Assembly: GCF_006345805.1 (NCBI RefSeq)
Contig: NC_043016.1
Location: 20,646,001 to 20,710,000, forward strand
Source: Octopus sinensis
Taxonomy: Eukaryota
Reading direction: 5' to 3'
Length of the DNA: 64,000 bases
The stretch's first letter is position 1. Every line of letters starts with the position of its first letter. The position numbers and the translations under genes were made by a program. This document shows positions 1-12,356 of the stretch, piece after piece. The notes under the pieces are model-generated. The model had not been told where the DNA came from, did no database searches, and saw only the letters and a program-made list of their open reading frames with translations.

Positions 1-900
1 TGTGTCTAGGCGGTGTCATTTTAATTCTTCTCCAAAGTATTTTTCACTTACCAAAATCTCATTGATTTCTCAATGTACCACTTAAAACAGATGAAACCCC
101 CCATACTTCCGCATCTAACAATATCAGAGACTTGGGAGTAATTGTGGATAACAACATAAGCTGGGCCGCTCATATAAACAGCAAAGTTGACATGATCCGC
201 AGAATGTGTTCCTGGATTCTCAGAACTTACCCGTCGAGAGATATCCACACATTCATCCTTCAACCTTTGAGAAAAAATCTCATAAAACATTTCTACTGCT
301 GTTGTTTGTAGCCTCAAACCCTGCAAAGCAGTCTTGTGATACGCAGGATGTTGACCGTTAAGGCGGCGAGCTGGCAGAAACGTTAGCACGCCGGGCGAAA
401 TGCGTAGCCGTATTTCGTCTGCCGTTACGTTCTGAGTTCAAATTCCGCCGAGGTCGACTTTGCCTTTCATCCTTTCGGGGTCGATAAATTAAGTACCAGT
501 TACGCACTGGGGTGGTCGATGTAATCGACTTAATCCGTTTGTCTGTCCTTGTTTGTCCCCTCTGTGTTTAGCCCCTTGTGGGTAATAAAGAAATAGGATG
601 TTGACCGTTCAAGGAAGTGTGACCCACAGATTAATCTGACTGAGTACCATACAGCACAATTCGGGATGCACTTCTGAATCGTAAGGGGTGCAGCGTAGCA
701 TTCTGCATATGTTGTGCACTCTACCGATCAAATGATTTTTGAACGCTACAGATATCGATGGTAGCAACAGCACAAGCAGTGAAGATGGTTCGATCAGAAT
801 GTCGCTTGGACGAGATGATCAATATTTCGCCAAGGGGTTGTAATTGAGAAACAGTGGTGGCTATTTTACAGTATCTTGGTCCTTCCTGAGAGATTGCTAC
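1..900 (+). mobile_element. CR1-like LINE, decayed RT C-terminal fragment, interrupted by a SINE
   Basis: The frame from 120 reads NIRDLGVIVDNNISWAAHINSKVDMIRRMCSWILRT, the RDLGV..D..LSW..HI motif of the CR1/L2 RT thumb region. The right boundary is approximate. Confidence 0.7.
360..594 (+). mobile_element. SINE family A (tRNA-derived head, Deu/Nin-like central domain), full length
   Basis: Box A-like TGGCAGAAACG and box B GAGTTCAAATTCC. Central GCCTTTCATCCTTTCGGGGTCGATAAATTAAGTACCAG resembles the Deu/Nin domain. 15-bp TSD AGGATGTTGACCGTT at 345-359 and 595-609. Confidence 0.92.
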
Positions 901-955
901 TCTTAAGTGCATACATATATATCAGAGATATTGTGGTTATAAACGAAACAATATA

Positions 956-1486
956 TCTATATATATAAAACTGTAGTTGTGTGAGTGTCTGACCCCTTCG
1001 ATTTAGATTCCTAACTACTCCCACATTTTGCGGTGCAGTTTAACCAAATTCGGGTATCGTATAGTCGTGATTCATATCGAGCCCGTCTGAGTATTAGCGC
1101 GCGTCTACGATGAGTCTACGATTTTAAAAATAATTTAACATAATTTTTTGATTCCATTTTAATGCATAATTTTTCGTGTGTCGATGGCGGCGGAGTTGGC
1201 GTCCATGGTCACACCTGCACCTGTTTGCTTCTCCCCCTTCTTCCCTCCCTCGTGAAGCTGTGGGGAAGGAAATTAAGGAAATTAAGGAAATTAAGGAAAT
1301 TAACGTCGTAAAGCGTTGTCAAGGAGACCAGCGTTCTTTTAGAACAACGACTTCATGGCTTGAAGACACCAAAACAGAAATGGCTAAGAAAGCCCGAATT
1401 GGCATCTATGAGGGAAGTAACTCTCTAAAAATGCTTATATAGTTATTTCCCTTACAAACCCGAGCAACGCCGGGCGATACTGCTAG
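956..1486 (+). mobile_element. Non-autonomous Helitron, family HelA
   Basis: Starts A|TC (TCTATATATATAAAAC). Ends with hairpin CCCGAGCAACGCCGGG then CTAG|T at 1483-1486. No TSD. Internal AATTAAGGAA tandem repeat near 1270-1300. Confidence 0.85.
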
Positions 1487-1911
1487 TATTTGATATAAGC
1501 GTAAACAACACAGTTTTTTTTTTCTGGCAAACAAGACAGCACGACCTAAAACTTCGAACATGAATTAAAAATACAATCTGGTACAAGAATTAATAAACAT
1601 AACAGATATACTTATAAAAATACGAAAATTGTTATAAACACAAAGAATATAATAAATTATAGTTAATTTATAACAAAACAACAAAATATGATTGATAAAA
1701 ATATAAATAAACACGTCATCATATCTTTTTTTATCAACTATAATTCATAAACAATTTCACACTTTAATGACAAATATCGAAAAGTTATAATTAACAACTT
1801 TATTTCCAAGAAATCTTTTAGTCGCGGTTCAATCGTCGTTTTATACTATTGCACAAAACACAATTATAATTTTAATCTCTTTTACATTTCATATTTTTAA
1901 TATATATGTAT

Positions 1912-1942
<31 letters not shown>

Positions 1943-2432
1943 TACATATACATACACGTGTACACTACTGTTGTGCTACAATTTAATATGTGTAAATCAT
2001 TATTGTAAAGCATAAACAAGATAAAAAAAAAGATACGAAGGAGAGTGAGGAGAAGTGAGTTATTTGAAGTAGAAATAAGTGGAAGAGGAGTAAAGAGAGA
2101 CAAACAAAATTGCAAATATTTCATTGAAACATTCAACTGTACTTCCAAACTAAAGTTAAGTGAGAAAACTAACTTCAAGGAGATAATATATTTAAAAAAA
2201 ACACATTTTATTTGGCATTTGGAGAAATTTGAGGGAAACTGTGGTACCGCGACAAAGCAACCCACCTATGGATCCCATCTGCTTCTCACCACTTAGTTCG
2301 GTAGCTTCTTATCCAATCGTGCTATCGCTATTGTTGGAGCTGTGTCTTTTCCTCAATTTGTTAACTGTTAAAGTGCGCCTCAAACTCGATTTTCTCCCTT
2401 ACACTCGTTTTTTGTACATTAATGACTTGTCT

Positions 2433-3030
2433 GGTTTCAAAGGCTGTCATAGCCGGGAGTGGTAGCGGAGATGAGCTCCCGCTGCCTACAAAGTGCTCCC
2501 ACGGCGTGTGTCTGAAATAGTCTCTGACAGTCAAGTCCAACTCCTGGCCTTCCCGCGGCGAAACTGTTCCCACTGACTGGAGAAGAGGCAAAGGCGAGTC
2601 ACTGGTGCCTTAAAACCGGTTGCTTCGGGTAGTTGGGACTCGATAGCCTTGACTGACAGGCCCAATTAGGAGAGGGAAACTCCGATTTCAAACCTCCGCT
2701 GCCTTTCAGCAAGACCCCTCCTGGGGAAGGCTAAGGGAGTAAACCCCGACAGAAAATCCGGAGCTGGAGTCCCTAAGGCGGCCTGACACAACACGTCATC
2801 ACCGGCAACTCCTGCGACGCATCTAGTACCAAGCTGTATCGACCCGTCGTTCCCTTGGAGCTACCAGCTGCGTGGAGAGGGGGGGGATCAAACTGCAGGG
2901 GCAACAGCTGATCCCTCATACAAACCTGCCCAGGCCTTGTAGCTCAATAGGAAGAGGACTGGAGAGTAAACCCACCACCTTTTCCGAGCTACACCATCGT
3001 CCCTCGAGACGGACAGATGCCGAAGAGAAG
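2433..3030 (+). mobile_element. Non-coding RTE-like retroposon (LINE 5'UTR-like body fused to an RTE-type 3' end)
   Basis: 12-bp TSD AATGACTTGTCT at 2421-2432 and 3031-3042. GC-rich structured body with GGAAACTCCGATTTCAAACC. 3' end CATCGTCCCTCGAGACGGACAGATGCC plus a GAAG tail. No RT ORF. Confidence 0.7.
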
Positions 3031-3283
3031 AATGACTTGTCTAATGTCACATTCAACAGACGACGTTATCCTTTATTCCTTGTAACATTCCCTAACCATG
3101 CATCGTTCCCTCGTAAACTTGATATAGCAAACCATACCCGCACTGAACCCTATGAACAGAGACATCGAAAGCATCATCCAATCTTGTATTTTTCAACAGC
3201 AAGAAAGCACAAATGCTGCTCATACTAAGAACACACCAACGCATCATACCTCATAATCACTCCAATCGTTGAGCCTCAATACC

Positions 3284-3517
3284 TATTTCTTTATTACCCA
3301 CAAGGGGCTAAACATAGAGGGGACAAACAAGGACAGACATAGGTATTATGTCGATTACATCGACCCCAGTGCGTAACTGGTACTTAATTTATCGACCCCG
3401 AAAGGATGAAAGGCAAAGTCGACCTCGGCGGAATTTGAACTCACAACGTAACGGCAGACGAAGTACCGCAAAGCATTTCGCCCGGTGTGCTAACGCTTCT
3501 GCTAGCTCGCCGCCTTA
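3284..3517 (-). mobile_element. SINE family A, full length
   Basis: Reverse complement of 360-594. 15-bp TSD TTGAGCCTCAATACC at 3269-3283 and 3518-3532. Confidence 0.92.
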
Positions 3518-4040
3518 TTGAGCCTCAATACCACCGATGGTATCTCCAGATGACAGCATATCTTCCTAAAAGCTAAGCCCGAATACCAACGACTTAGAGC
3601 CATAAGATATTTCAGCCCTACAAAATCATTGATTCTCTAAAAGATTTAGCTAAATTGACAGTGGAGTATCAACTTTCACATTTAGAATGGTGCTGGTAGG
3701 AAAAAAAATCCCACTAGATTGATCGACTAACGGTCAACCACAGACACCTTTCAGCCTCTTTGTGGACATATACAGTTTTCTCTCCGTGTCTGCTACACAG
3801 TAGCTATTGTTCCTTGGAGCGTTCCTTCTTGTCTCTTCTTTCATCAGTGACGTTGTTTCCAACCTCTTTAGACCATCCGCCAATCACTACGTTTAATCTA
3901 CTCTTCTCATGTGAACGACACTCTCTTTATTCCTCTCTGCAGTTGTTAATTTTCGAACTTCAAAAGTATTAACATCATCACTCATACCATCCTGGAGAGA
4001 GCTTACGTAGATCATAGGCACTGTCCCTTCTTCTAGACTC

Positions 4041-4105
<65 letters not shown>

Positions 4106-4619
4106 GTAGCGGTTATATGCCCTTGGCCATTAGAGTCTGACGATCTGTCTATAAAGCTAAGTTTATGAATGCGAAATCATTGGTCACTACGAACGGCCAT
4201 ATAATTACCCCCCCCCACCACATATTTACTCACTCATACACACACATACACATTCACATACACATACATATATACACACACACTTATACATTAAAAACCT
4301 GACCATCTTTACGTTGGATCATTTTGTTATAATGTCGTGTAGTTAATTCAATGACAATATCCAGGGTTCACTCGCACGCTGTATAAAGAACAATAATACA
4401 CAGAAATTTAGAAGGCTCTACGATAGAAAATACTACTGCTAACGCACAATAAAGAATTTCTTATAACACAAACTCAGCCCTGATTACACAACGCTCTTGA
4501 ATCTTCGTCATAACTGTCACCTCAAATGGAATCCACAATAAAAGACTTAGTAGAGTGTGAAGCCAACAAATATCGATAGAATCACCACTACAAGAGAATT
4601 GTAAGTAATAAAAAAATTT

Positions 4620-4962
4620 TCAAAAGCGGCAAGAGCAACGTGTTCCTTATTGGGAATAAGGACAAATATATCGGGCGTGATGGATGTCATCGCAGAGTAT
4701 ACACGCAGCAAGTTTAGATGGGCCGGACACGTCGCCCGGCTCACCGATAATCGGTGGACCCGCGCAGTTGTCGAGTGGTTCCCGCGCGAGCGGAAACGAC
4801 CACTCGGAAGGCCTCCACGACTGTGGAGTTACGATTTCAGGAGGACGATTGGGATCACGTGGATGAGAAAGGTGCGATCCAGAGAGGAGTGGACAGTGTG
4901 CTGTGACCAGCGGTGTCAAATGGACGCCCGACGGACTGGTCGGTCAAGGTAATCAAGGTGAT
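4620..4962 (+). mobile_element. RTE-clade LINE 3' fragment
   Basis: ORF 4650-4952 contains KFRWAGHVARLTDNRWT..VVEW.PRERKRPLGRPP, the typical RTE ORF C-terminus. Ends in a short TCAAGGT(A/G)A repeat tail. Confidence 0.85.
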
Positions 4963-5229
4963 ATGAAAATAAATGACAAACCTGATGATAATACCACTCA
5001 GCTTAAAACTAAACCTGAATAAATTACTTATTGCTATTAATGCTAAAATAGGATGTGTCCACTTCCAACACATAGAAAGGTGGTTTAGCCATGTGCATAT
5101 AAATTGCTTGAAATTATACAGGAAACCGAAAAAGTTTGCAAAATTTTCACCGACGTCTTTTTACCAACATTCTAGGAACGGCAATTCTAAATACAGAATT
5201 GGAGTGTCCACACATCTTATCCCATCCTA

Positions 5230-5509
5230 TCTATATATTAATAAACTAAGGCCGAAATACGTTGCGCTGTCACGTAATTAGTTGAAAGGAAAGGCGAAAA
5301 GCGAGAGAAAAAGAGGGAGAGGGAAAAGAGGGAGTGAGAAAGAGAGGGAGAGAAAAAGAGGGAAAGATAAAAAGTGGGAGAGATAAAGAGTGGAAGAGAA
5401 AAGTGTTAACGACGTGTGGTGGTGGAAGTAATAGTTATTACGCTAAGACGCTATCAACTGGTTAGTTCAAGGTAGAAACGAAGAAGACAAAGAAGAGATG
5501 GATAGATAG

Positions 5510-5575
<66 letters not shown>

Positions 5576-5721
5576 TGGGATACACAGGAGAGTTATCGCT
5601 GAGAGGAAAGTAATAGTTATTACGTTGTGTGGTTAGTTGAAGAAAGAGGTAGAAAGTAGAGAGAGATATAGACATGTTAAGTGCAGGGCCATGTGGTATA
5701 GTTGAAGCGAGAGGTAAATAA

Positions 5722-5760
<39 letters not shown>

Positions 5761-5820
5761 GTGTGTTGACCGAAAGGAACGCGGGAGTAGAAAGTAATGA
5801 CATGATTTTAAACGTCGTAT
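5230..5820 (+). mobile_element. Non-autonomous Helitron family HelB, 5' portion
   Basis: A|TCTATATATTAATAAACTAAGGCCGAAAT matches the reverse complement of the 19160-19187 terminus. Purine-rich blocks and AAGTGTTAACGACG...TAATAGTTATTACG are shared with 18630-18680 (minus). Confidence 0.7.
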
Positions 5821-5829
5821 AACAGAATA

Positions 5830-6010
5830 CTAGCAGTACCCGTGGAAATTCCATGGTAAAAGCAAAATAGCTTAGCTGGTTGGAAGTTTATATAGAACCT
5901 TCAAAATTAATGTTTCGTTAGAAAGTCTATATTCTGTATTATTTTCATTAAAAAGCATTTTAATTCTTCTAGATAAGGCTTTAATTAAGAGAAAAATAAA
6001 TGACTTCGTA
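5830..6010 (-). mobile_element. HelB 3' terminus in opposite orientation
   Basis: ACTAGCAGTACCCGTGGAAATTCCATGG is a minus-strand hairpin plus CTAG|T. The following ~170 bp align to 17236-17410. Confidence 0.7.
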
Positions 6011-7689
6011 AATTGACTCAGCGTCACAGTCTTGAGGTAGAAGGAAGTAAATTTGTGTTCTAATTCATTCATTATAATTTATAATTAGTGTTATAAACTT
6101 TTGCTTTGCAGAGTAAAATAAACTATAATCGTAATGATTGGGTGTATTTTTTTTTCATCACAGAATACAATAGCAGATAGTCCAAATATTTTTGATTGTA
6201 CTAATAATTTCATATATTGTTCAAGTTTATTCGGAAATTGATTTTCTTTATATTGAGACATTTTCCAAGAAAATATATCTGACCATACCATATTATTTCA
6301 AGCATTTATTATTATTTTTTTTTACTTTGTTGTAAGTACGAGTGACTTACTCGACATTTGGAGACCTTTTATAACTTTTCTAAACAAGTGTTTTAGATAA
6401 GTTGATTTTCCGTAGACTGATTTCTCTAAGAAAAATAGGGCAAAAAATGATTTCCCAGATGTTTCAGTTATTTCGGGAATGATTGGTCAAAACATTTGAT
6501 GGAGGATTTGCTATATTTGATTTTGATGTTTAGAAAGTCGGTAGTTTTCTATATGGCATGAAACTTAGTTGGTACTTGATATATGTTTTGTTTGATTTTA
6601 AACTTTTTACTTCATGGGGTGGTTGTGGCCGTTTGTGACTTTTGTCTTAATACTTATACTCTTAAATGTATATTAATTTATTTCCTTCATTTTCTCTGGT
6701 TTGGTTACTTCATACATAGAATTAATTTGCCATTTCTACTTTCTTGATAAAATATAGATTGATGAGTAAAAAAAAATAGTAATGTGTGGCATTGTTCTGG
6801 CTATCAAGTGGAATCGCTTCGAAATCAATTGCTAGGAGACTGTTTTGGCAGGAAGGGGTCTGATGGAAAAAAAAGCGGTTTGGAAATTCCTGGCTCGGTA
6901 AATAAGTTTGGATAATTGAAAAATAGAAACAAAAAACAGATTCTGTCCTTAAAAAGAATTTTTGAGACTGAAAGATTTGAACGTAGGTTGTGGTCTGATA
7001 TGCCTCCCCACCAATATTCTGTTTTTGATGCCGCAGTACATTATGGCTTATTTGAGGTTTCTTTCTTTCTCTGTTTTCTTTTAATTATAACGAAATAACA
7101 ACTAATAACCATTAGAAAATCATTCTACGCAGAACGAGGTTGTACAATACAATAGATGAGGATCTGTGTATTTGCTGTAATTTGGCGCCAGATACAAACT
7201 GCTAAATACTTCAAATACCTTGAATCAGCCACCATCGATACTATCATTTGGAAAGATTTTATTGACCTCGCAAAGCGATCAATGCAATTTCTAAATTACA
7301 TTTTACTTCTAAAATTATCGCATGAATTCAAAAATTAAACACTTTTCCCAATAGAAATAAAAATAAAAACTAAATTAAATAGTGAGAAAAATGTCAACTT
7401 AAAATTAAAACTATTTCACGAAATACTTCGTTTCAGCTTAGAATAGTTATTCTCATACAAAGAGCTTTAAGACTATCCTGCTATTGCTTGGAATAAAGTG
7501 AATTCAACAGACAAGTATTTAAAGTTTGTATTGGTATTAAAAAAGGAAAATAAAATTAGAATTCCTATCTCATTTTAGCAAGCTTTTCAAGAAATATTGC
7601 TTTAACCCTTACTTCACGGCGTCTATTCAGATATTGCCCTCTAACAAATATGATAATTGCATTTTGGGACAAATGGAATATTCAGGTAT

Positions 7690-7815
7690 GTTCAACCCCA
7701 ACGCTTGACAGGTATTTATTTTACGACTTTAGCAGAATTTGAACGCAGATCGTAAAGGGACATAATGAAATACAATAAGGCATTTTGGTCCAACACTACT
7801 ATTTTACCATTTCAG
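7690..7815 (-). mobile_element. Old, internally deleted SINE family A-like copy
   Basis: CCCCAACGCTTGACAGGTATTTATTTTACGAC...GCAGAATTTGAACGCAG aligns loosely to the reverse complement of SINE A. Confidence 0.45.
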
Positions 7816-8436
7816 CTAATCTACGGTGATTCGTCAATTAAAATCTGCAATATCTTACGTATTTATAACAATAATATTAGAATTTTCATCCATATAAAAC
7901 AAAAAAGAATAATTGAAAAGCGGGGAGAAAAAAAAAAGAGAGAGTATATGTGAGTATATGAGCATATTATATCCACATGAAAAACACACGCGCCTATATG
8001 CATACACGAATACACAGACAGATATATTGAAAAAGAGGCAGTTAAAGAGTTAGTTACACAGACAGATAATCACTTACATAGATCATTTATTTATGCAGTA
8101 AACAGCACTCACCAGTGGCGTTGCAGCATTTTTACAACTGTAAACAAATGTCTTTTTCTTTTGCTTTTTCTCAATCGACAGAAAAAAAATAGATAGAAAT
8201 AACCAAGCTCAAAAGTCGCTCGATTCATATCGGCGATAGAAAAAGCATCAGATCTGTCCTAGGAGAGAAAGAAAAAAGCATTCATTTTCCAAGTGTATGT
8301 AAGTAGTAATGGTTCTGGGTGTGCCGAGAGAGGAAAGATTTATTATTTGCGACACACAATAAATATGGCAGGGAAATAACGCTGTTAGAGCGTAATTGCC
8401 AACAAATCCCTATTTTATTGTAAGTTCAATATATGT

Positions 8437-8491
<55 letters not shown>

Positions 8492-8866
8492 CATACATGT
8501 GGGATTTGATGCTAACCTTCTCCACCCCCCTTGCCTTTTCTCGTCTTTTTAGGAAACAGAATTACTAAGAGGAGTGGATTCCAAATCCCTTCGCTGCCGC
8601 TCCTTTTAGTCGCTTCGTACGCCATGCAGGGAACACGGCGCCTACATTCTATCGGTTCCTCCATTCATAGCGGGGTTTAATAGTTAACCCGTAGCTGGGT
8701 CCCTTACAGGTGCTTTCACTCCGGTCAGAGTAGACCTGAGAACAATAGTGACTAAGAGGTGGTTCCACACTCCTCAAATCCTGAAACCAGGGCCCCAGAG
8801 TCCTACTACCAGATGTAGTTTAGAGTTATACCAGAACAGATTAAAAGTAAATAATAATAATGATAA

Positions 8867-8928
<62 letters not shown>

Positions 8929-8949
8929 TAATAATAATAATAAATTAAT

Positions 8950-9630
8950 TCGTTTATTAGCCATGTTATTAAGAGACATACAACAACAATAAAAGACAAA
9001 AACAGAACAATACAATGGGTTTTAAAATGTGTAAACAATATAATAACAATTAAAAATTAAACAACTTAAAACTTCCAATAAGAGAAGTGCTTTAAGGACC
9101 TCGTGGAAAAACCCAAAAAAGCCATGGGTGCCTGAACAACAGAGCAAGAGCCCTTCTCCTTTTGGTTACAGGTGCACGCTCAGAATTGGTCCTTTCGCAC
9201 TGGCCATTCTACCAACATTCACCCACCTTTCAACAAACTTGCTACAAAGCAACACTTCCCTTTCCACCCTCAACTTCCTTTTCAAGTGAAACTTGAAAAA
9301 GTTGATGAGGGCTTGGCCAATGAGGAAAGTGTCTGTCTTTGGCCCTTTCAAACGGGTCCACCATACTACCTATTTCTCAACAGCCACCAGATAAATAAAA
9401 TTGCCTTCCCCTCGCGGCCAAAAGAGGGCGGCGGGGCAATTTTCACAACGGATTCAGCTAATAGCCGGATTCATCCTACATGCGACAGCAGATATTCGAC
9501 ATAAACCCACAGGTCAGCAATACTCGGGCACAGGACTGGGGCGTGCAGAATGGTTTCATCGTTCTGGACGAATCTCGGACAGGCTTAGATCATTAGCGCT
9601 TTCTCCCATTCTAGTGGGGGTTTTCAAATC
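8950..9630 (-). mobile_element. Tx1-clade LINE 3' fragment (subfamily different from 51703-56171)
   Basis: Minus strand encodes DETILHAPVLCPSIADLWVYVEYLLSHVG and WTRLKGPKTDTFLIGQALINFFK. These are homologous to DETVLHALVQCPTISDLWAYVEQLLSRVG and WTRLKGLETNTFLSGQSLIN in the 52211-52612 ORF. The 3' end TGGCTAATAAA runs into (TTA)n. Confidence 0.85.
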
Positions 9631-10178
9631 AAACTAAGTTCCTTTGTGGAGAATTTTAATCATTTTATAGAGTTTCGTAGTGGTGGGGAGGAATATAAGA
9701 CAGTACAAGAGGATGAGATGGATGAGGAGAAAGTGAGAGAGAGAACATGTGTGTATGTGCATGTGTGTGTGTGTGTTTGTATCTGAGGTGAGTGCTAAAG
9801 AGAAAGAGGGGAAGGGAGAGGGAAGAAGAAGGAAAGAATTTTTTTTGGTCTGCTGGACAGAATATTGACTCCAAGGGGGTTCTAAGAATTTCAGCTTTGA
9901 CCACTTCACAGTGTCACTGAGTGTGTGGTGACCGGGAGGCAGGCCATAAATTATATTTCCTTTTATCATTGTGAGAATGGTCAAATGCTTTTTTGGGTTT
10001 AAGAATTCTTTCCACTTTTTATGATCGTTTTGTGGAAGTGTGTATGTGTGTCTGTGTGTGTGTGTGTGTGTGTGCGTGTGCGTGTGCGTGTGTCTGTGTG
10101 TTTGGGGAAGGGAAGAGAAACAAAAAAAGAAAAAGAAAAATAAGGGAGGAAGGGGAAAAAGTTGTGTTGATATTTATA

Positions 10179-10665
10179 CCACTATATATATATATATATA
10201 TACACGCTTATACATGAAATATTTGAAAAAAAAACCTTTTATCGGTTCAAAATGAACAACTAAATTACACCATCTTGAAAATTGTATATCATAGGAAAGT
10301 TAAAATTAAAGTGACAATTAAAAAGTAAAGATGAAGTAGATTATAAAAATAATATAATGTATATAACAGACAATATATATATATATACACACACATATAT
10401 ATATACATATACAAACATATACTAAATGTTCTACTATATTAGATTGTAAATCGAAAGATGTGTCCTTCAATGTCACTATATATATACATGCTTATACATG
10501 AAATATTAGAAAAAAAAACACCTATCGATTCAAAATGAACAATCAAATTACACCATCTTGAAAATTGCATATCATAGGAAGGTTAAAATTAGAATGACAA
10601 TTGGCAAGTAAAGATCAAGTAAATTACAAAAATAATATAATGTATATAACAGGTAATACACACAC

Positions 10666-10752
<87 letters not shown>

Positions 10753-10812
10753 CACACACATATTAAATGTTCTACTATATTATATTGTAAATCGAAAGAT
10801 TTGTCCTTCAAT
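10179..10812. repeat. Two tandem ~300-bp units directly 3' of the Penelope ORF (pLTR-like)
   Basis: Units ~10179-10471 and ~10472-10812 share GCTTATACATGAAATATT...AAATTACACCATCTTGAAAATTG...TTGTAAATCGAAAGAT.TGTCCTTCAATG. They differ mainly in microsatellite length. Confidence 0.8.
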
Positions 10813-10829
10813 GTACGATGAGTAAAATT

Positions 10830-12356
10830 TCAGCCATTTAATTTGGGGGAGAACTTAGCTATGAAATATTTTTCCATATTCCTCCTGAAAGAGGTGTCGT
10901 TCTTCGGATATTTGTAGAAGGGAAATATCTTAAATTTTCCTTCTCCACACGTAGCTAGGTGTGTACTTAGTGGTATTTTGCGTAGTTCTTCCTGCCGAAT
11001 ATGTTGTCGGTGAATCCTGGCTCGCTGGCACAAAGAATTACCAGTTTCACCTACGTAATTCTCCTTGCACGTGGGGCAGGTTATGCAGTATATAACGTTC
11101 TGCGTCTTGCAGTTCATATCTGCATTTACTTTGAATATGTAACCACTTTTAAATCTCATCTCTCTGTTTCCCTTTATGTATTTGTAGGTGGGGTTGCTGC
11201 AGATCCTACATCTACCATCTCCGCACTCTTTTGCAAAGAATTCCGTTTTAGTTTCTGAAGAGAATTTCGCTCTTGTTAGGTGTTTCTTTAGGTTTTTGTC
11301 CTGTCGTCTACTGTTTTTTATGCTATATTTGTTTAATATGTTTTTCATTTTGGGGCTTTGTAAGGCTATTGGTAGGTTTGAATGTATGGTTTGGAAGATG
11401 TTGGTAACTCCAGGGTTGTGCGTGTTTATAAAAGGGATAATGTTTTCTTTGTTTTTTGTTTTGGGTGTCCTGAGTTGTGCGATGTCTAGTTTTAATGCTC
11501 TTGTGATTCCATTTTCTATTAGTTTGAGGGGGTGTTTTTGCTCTAGGAGGAAGTTTTTGAGTTCATCTAGTCTTATTAGTCGTATTTGTGAATCAGTTAC
11601 TATGCTACATATTCGTCTTGCCATACTATATGGGATGTTTCTTTTTGTGTGGGATGGGTGGCAGGAGTGGAAATTTAAATATTGGTGTGTGTCAGTTTTT
11701 TTGTGTCAGATGGAGTTGTGTATTTTGATGTTGATGTCTAGGAAGGGAAGTTCGTTGTGGCTGGTATCTATTGTGAAGTTGATAGATGGGTGCAGCGTAT
11801 TGAGGATGTTGTGGAATGTTCGTAGGTTTTCTGATCTGTTCCAAAAGATGAAGCAGTCATCGAGGTAGCGTTTCCACTTATTCTTGATGTCTTCTCTGAA
11901 GTCATGTTCGAAGACTTTCCCTAATTCATCGTATAGCTTGTTCTCCAGGAAACCCATCACCAGGTTGGCATATGAAGGTGCGAATTTTGTATCCATAGCC
12001 GTGCCTTTTATCTGTCGGTATGTCTTGTTGAATGAGAATGTATTTTCGAGTATTAGTTGGGTGGCTTGGGTGATAAAGTTTGTCTTGAAGCGTTCGTCTA
12101 TAAGTTCTCTGTATTTTTCTATCGATTGTTTTATAGCTTCTAGACCTAGGGTGTGTGGTATGTTTGTGTATAGATTTGTGACATCAAAGCTTGCAAGTAT
12201 GGTGTTTTTCGGGACTGTATTTGGGATGTGTGTGAGGAAGTCTATGTCATCCCTTATGTAGCTTGGTATCTGTGGGCATAAAGGTTTGAGGAGTATATCT
12301 ATGAAGTGGCTTAGTTGTTGTGTTGGTGCCTGGGGTCCTGCCACTATTGGTCTCAT
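10830..12356 (-). mobile_element. Penelope-like element (Neptune-type), 5'-truncated RT plus GIY-YIG endonuclease
   Basis: RT motifs RPIVAG, SFDVTNLYTNIP, GTAMDTK.APSYANL, RYLDDCF, LPFLD (11706-12356). EN motifs CGDGRCRIC, NVIYCITCPTCKENYVGET, EKYFIAKFSPKLN (10830-11624). The two ORFs are in the same frame with one stop at 11706-11708. Confidence 0.95.

Larger units (their letters stand above)
2300..3970 (+). mobile_element. Heavily decayed CR1/Jockey-type LINE RT region hosting two younger insertions
   Basis: Degenerate VPQ..LF.YINDL motif (FLYINDL, 2409-2429). After removing the 2433-3042 insertion it continues into a GACGAC (xADD) motif near 3059-3064. Outer limits are approximate. Confidence 0.5.

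Noticed and set aside
1465-1482. Similarity between the HelA 3' hairpin (ACGCCGGGCGA) and the SINE A head (~386-396)
   Set aside because: Only ~11 identical GC-rich nucleotides with no extended homology; chance cannot be excluded.
8183-8299. AG...GTAAGT-bounded candidate exon
   Set aside because: All three frames contain stops and there is no other support.
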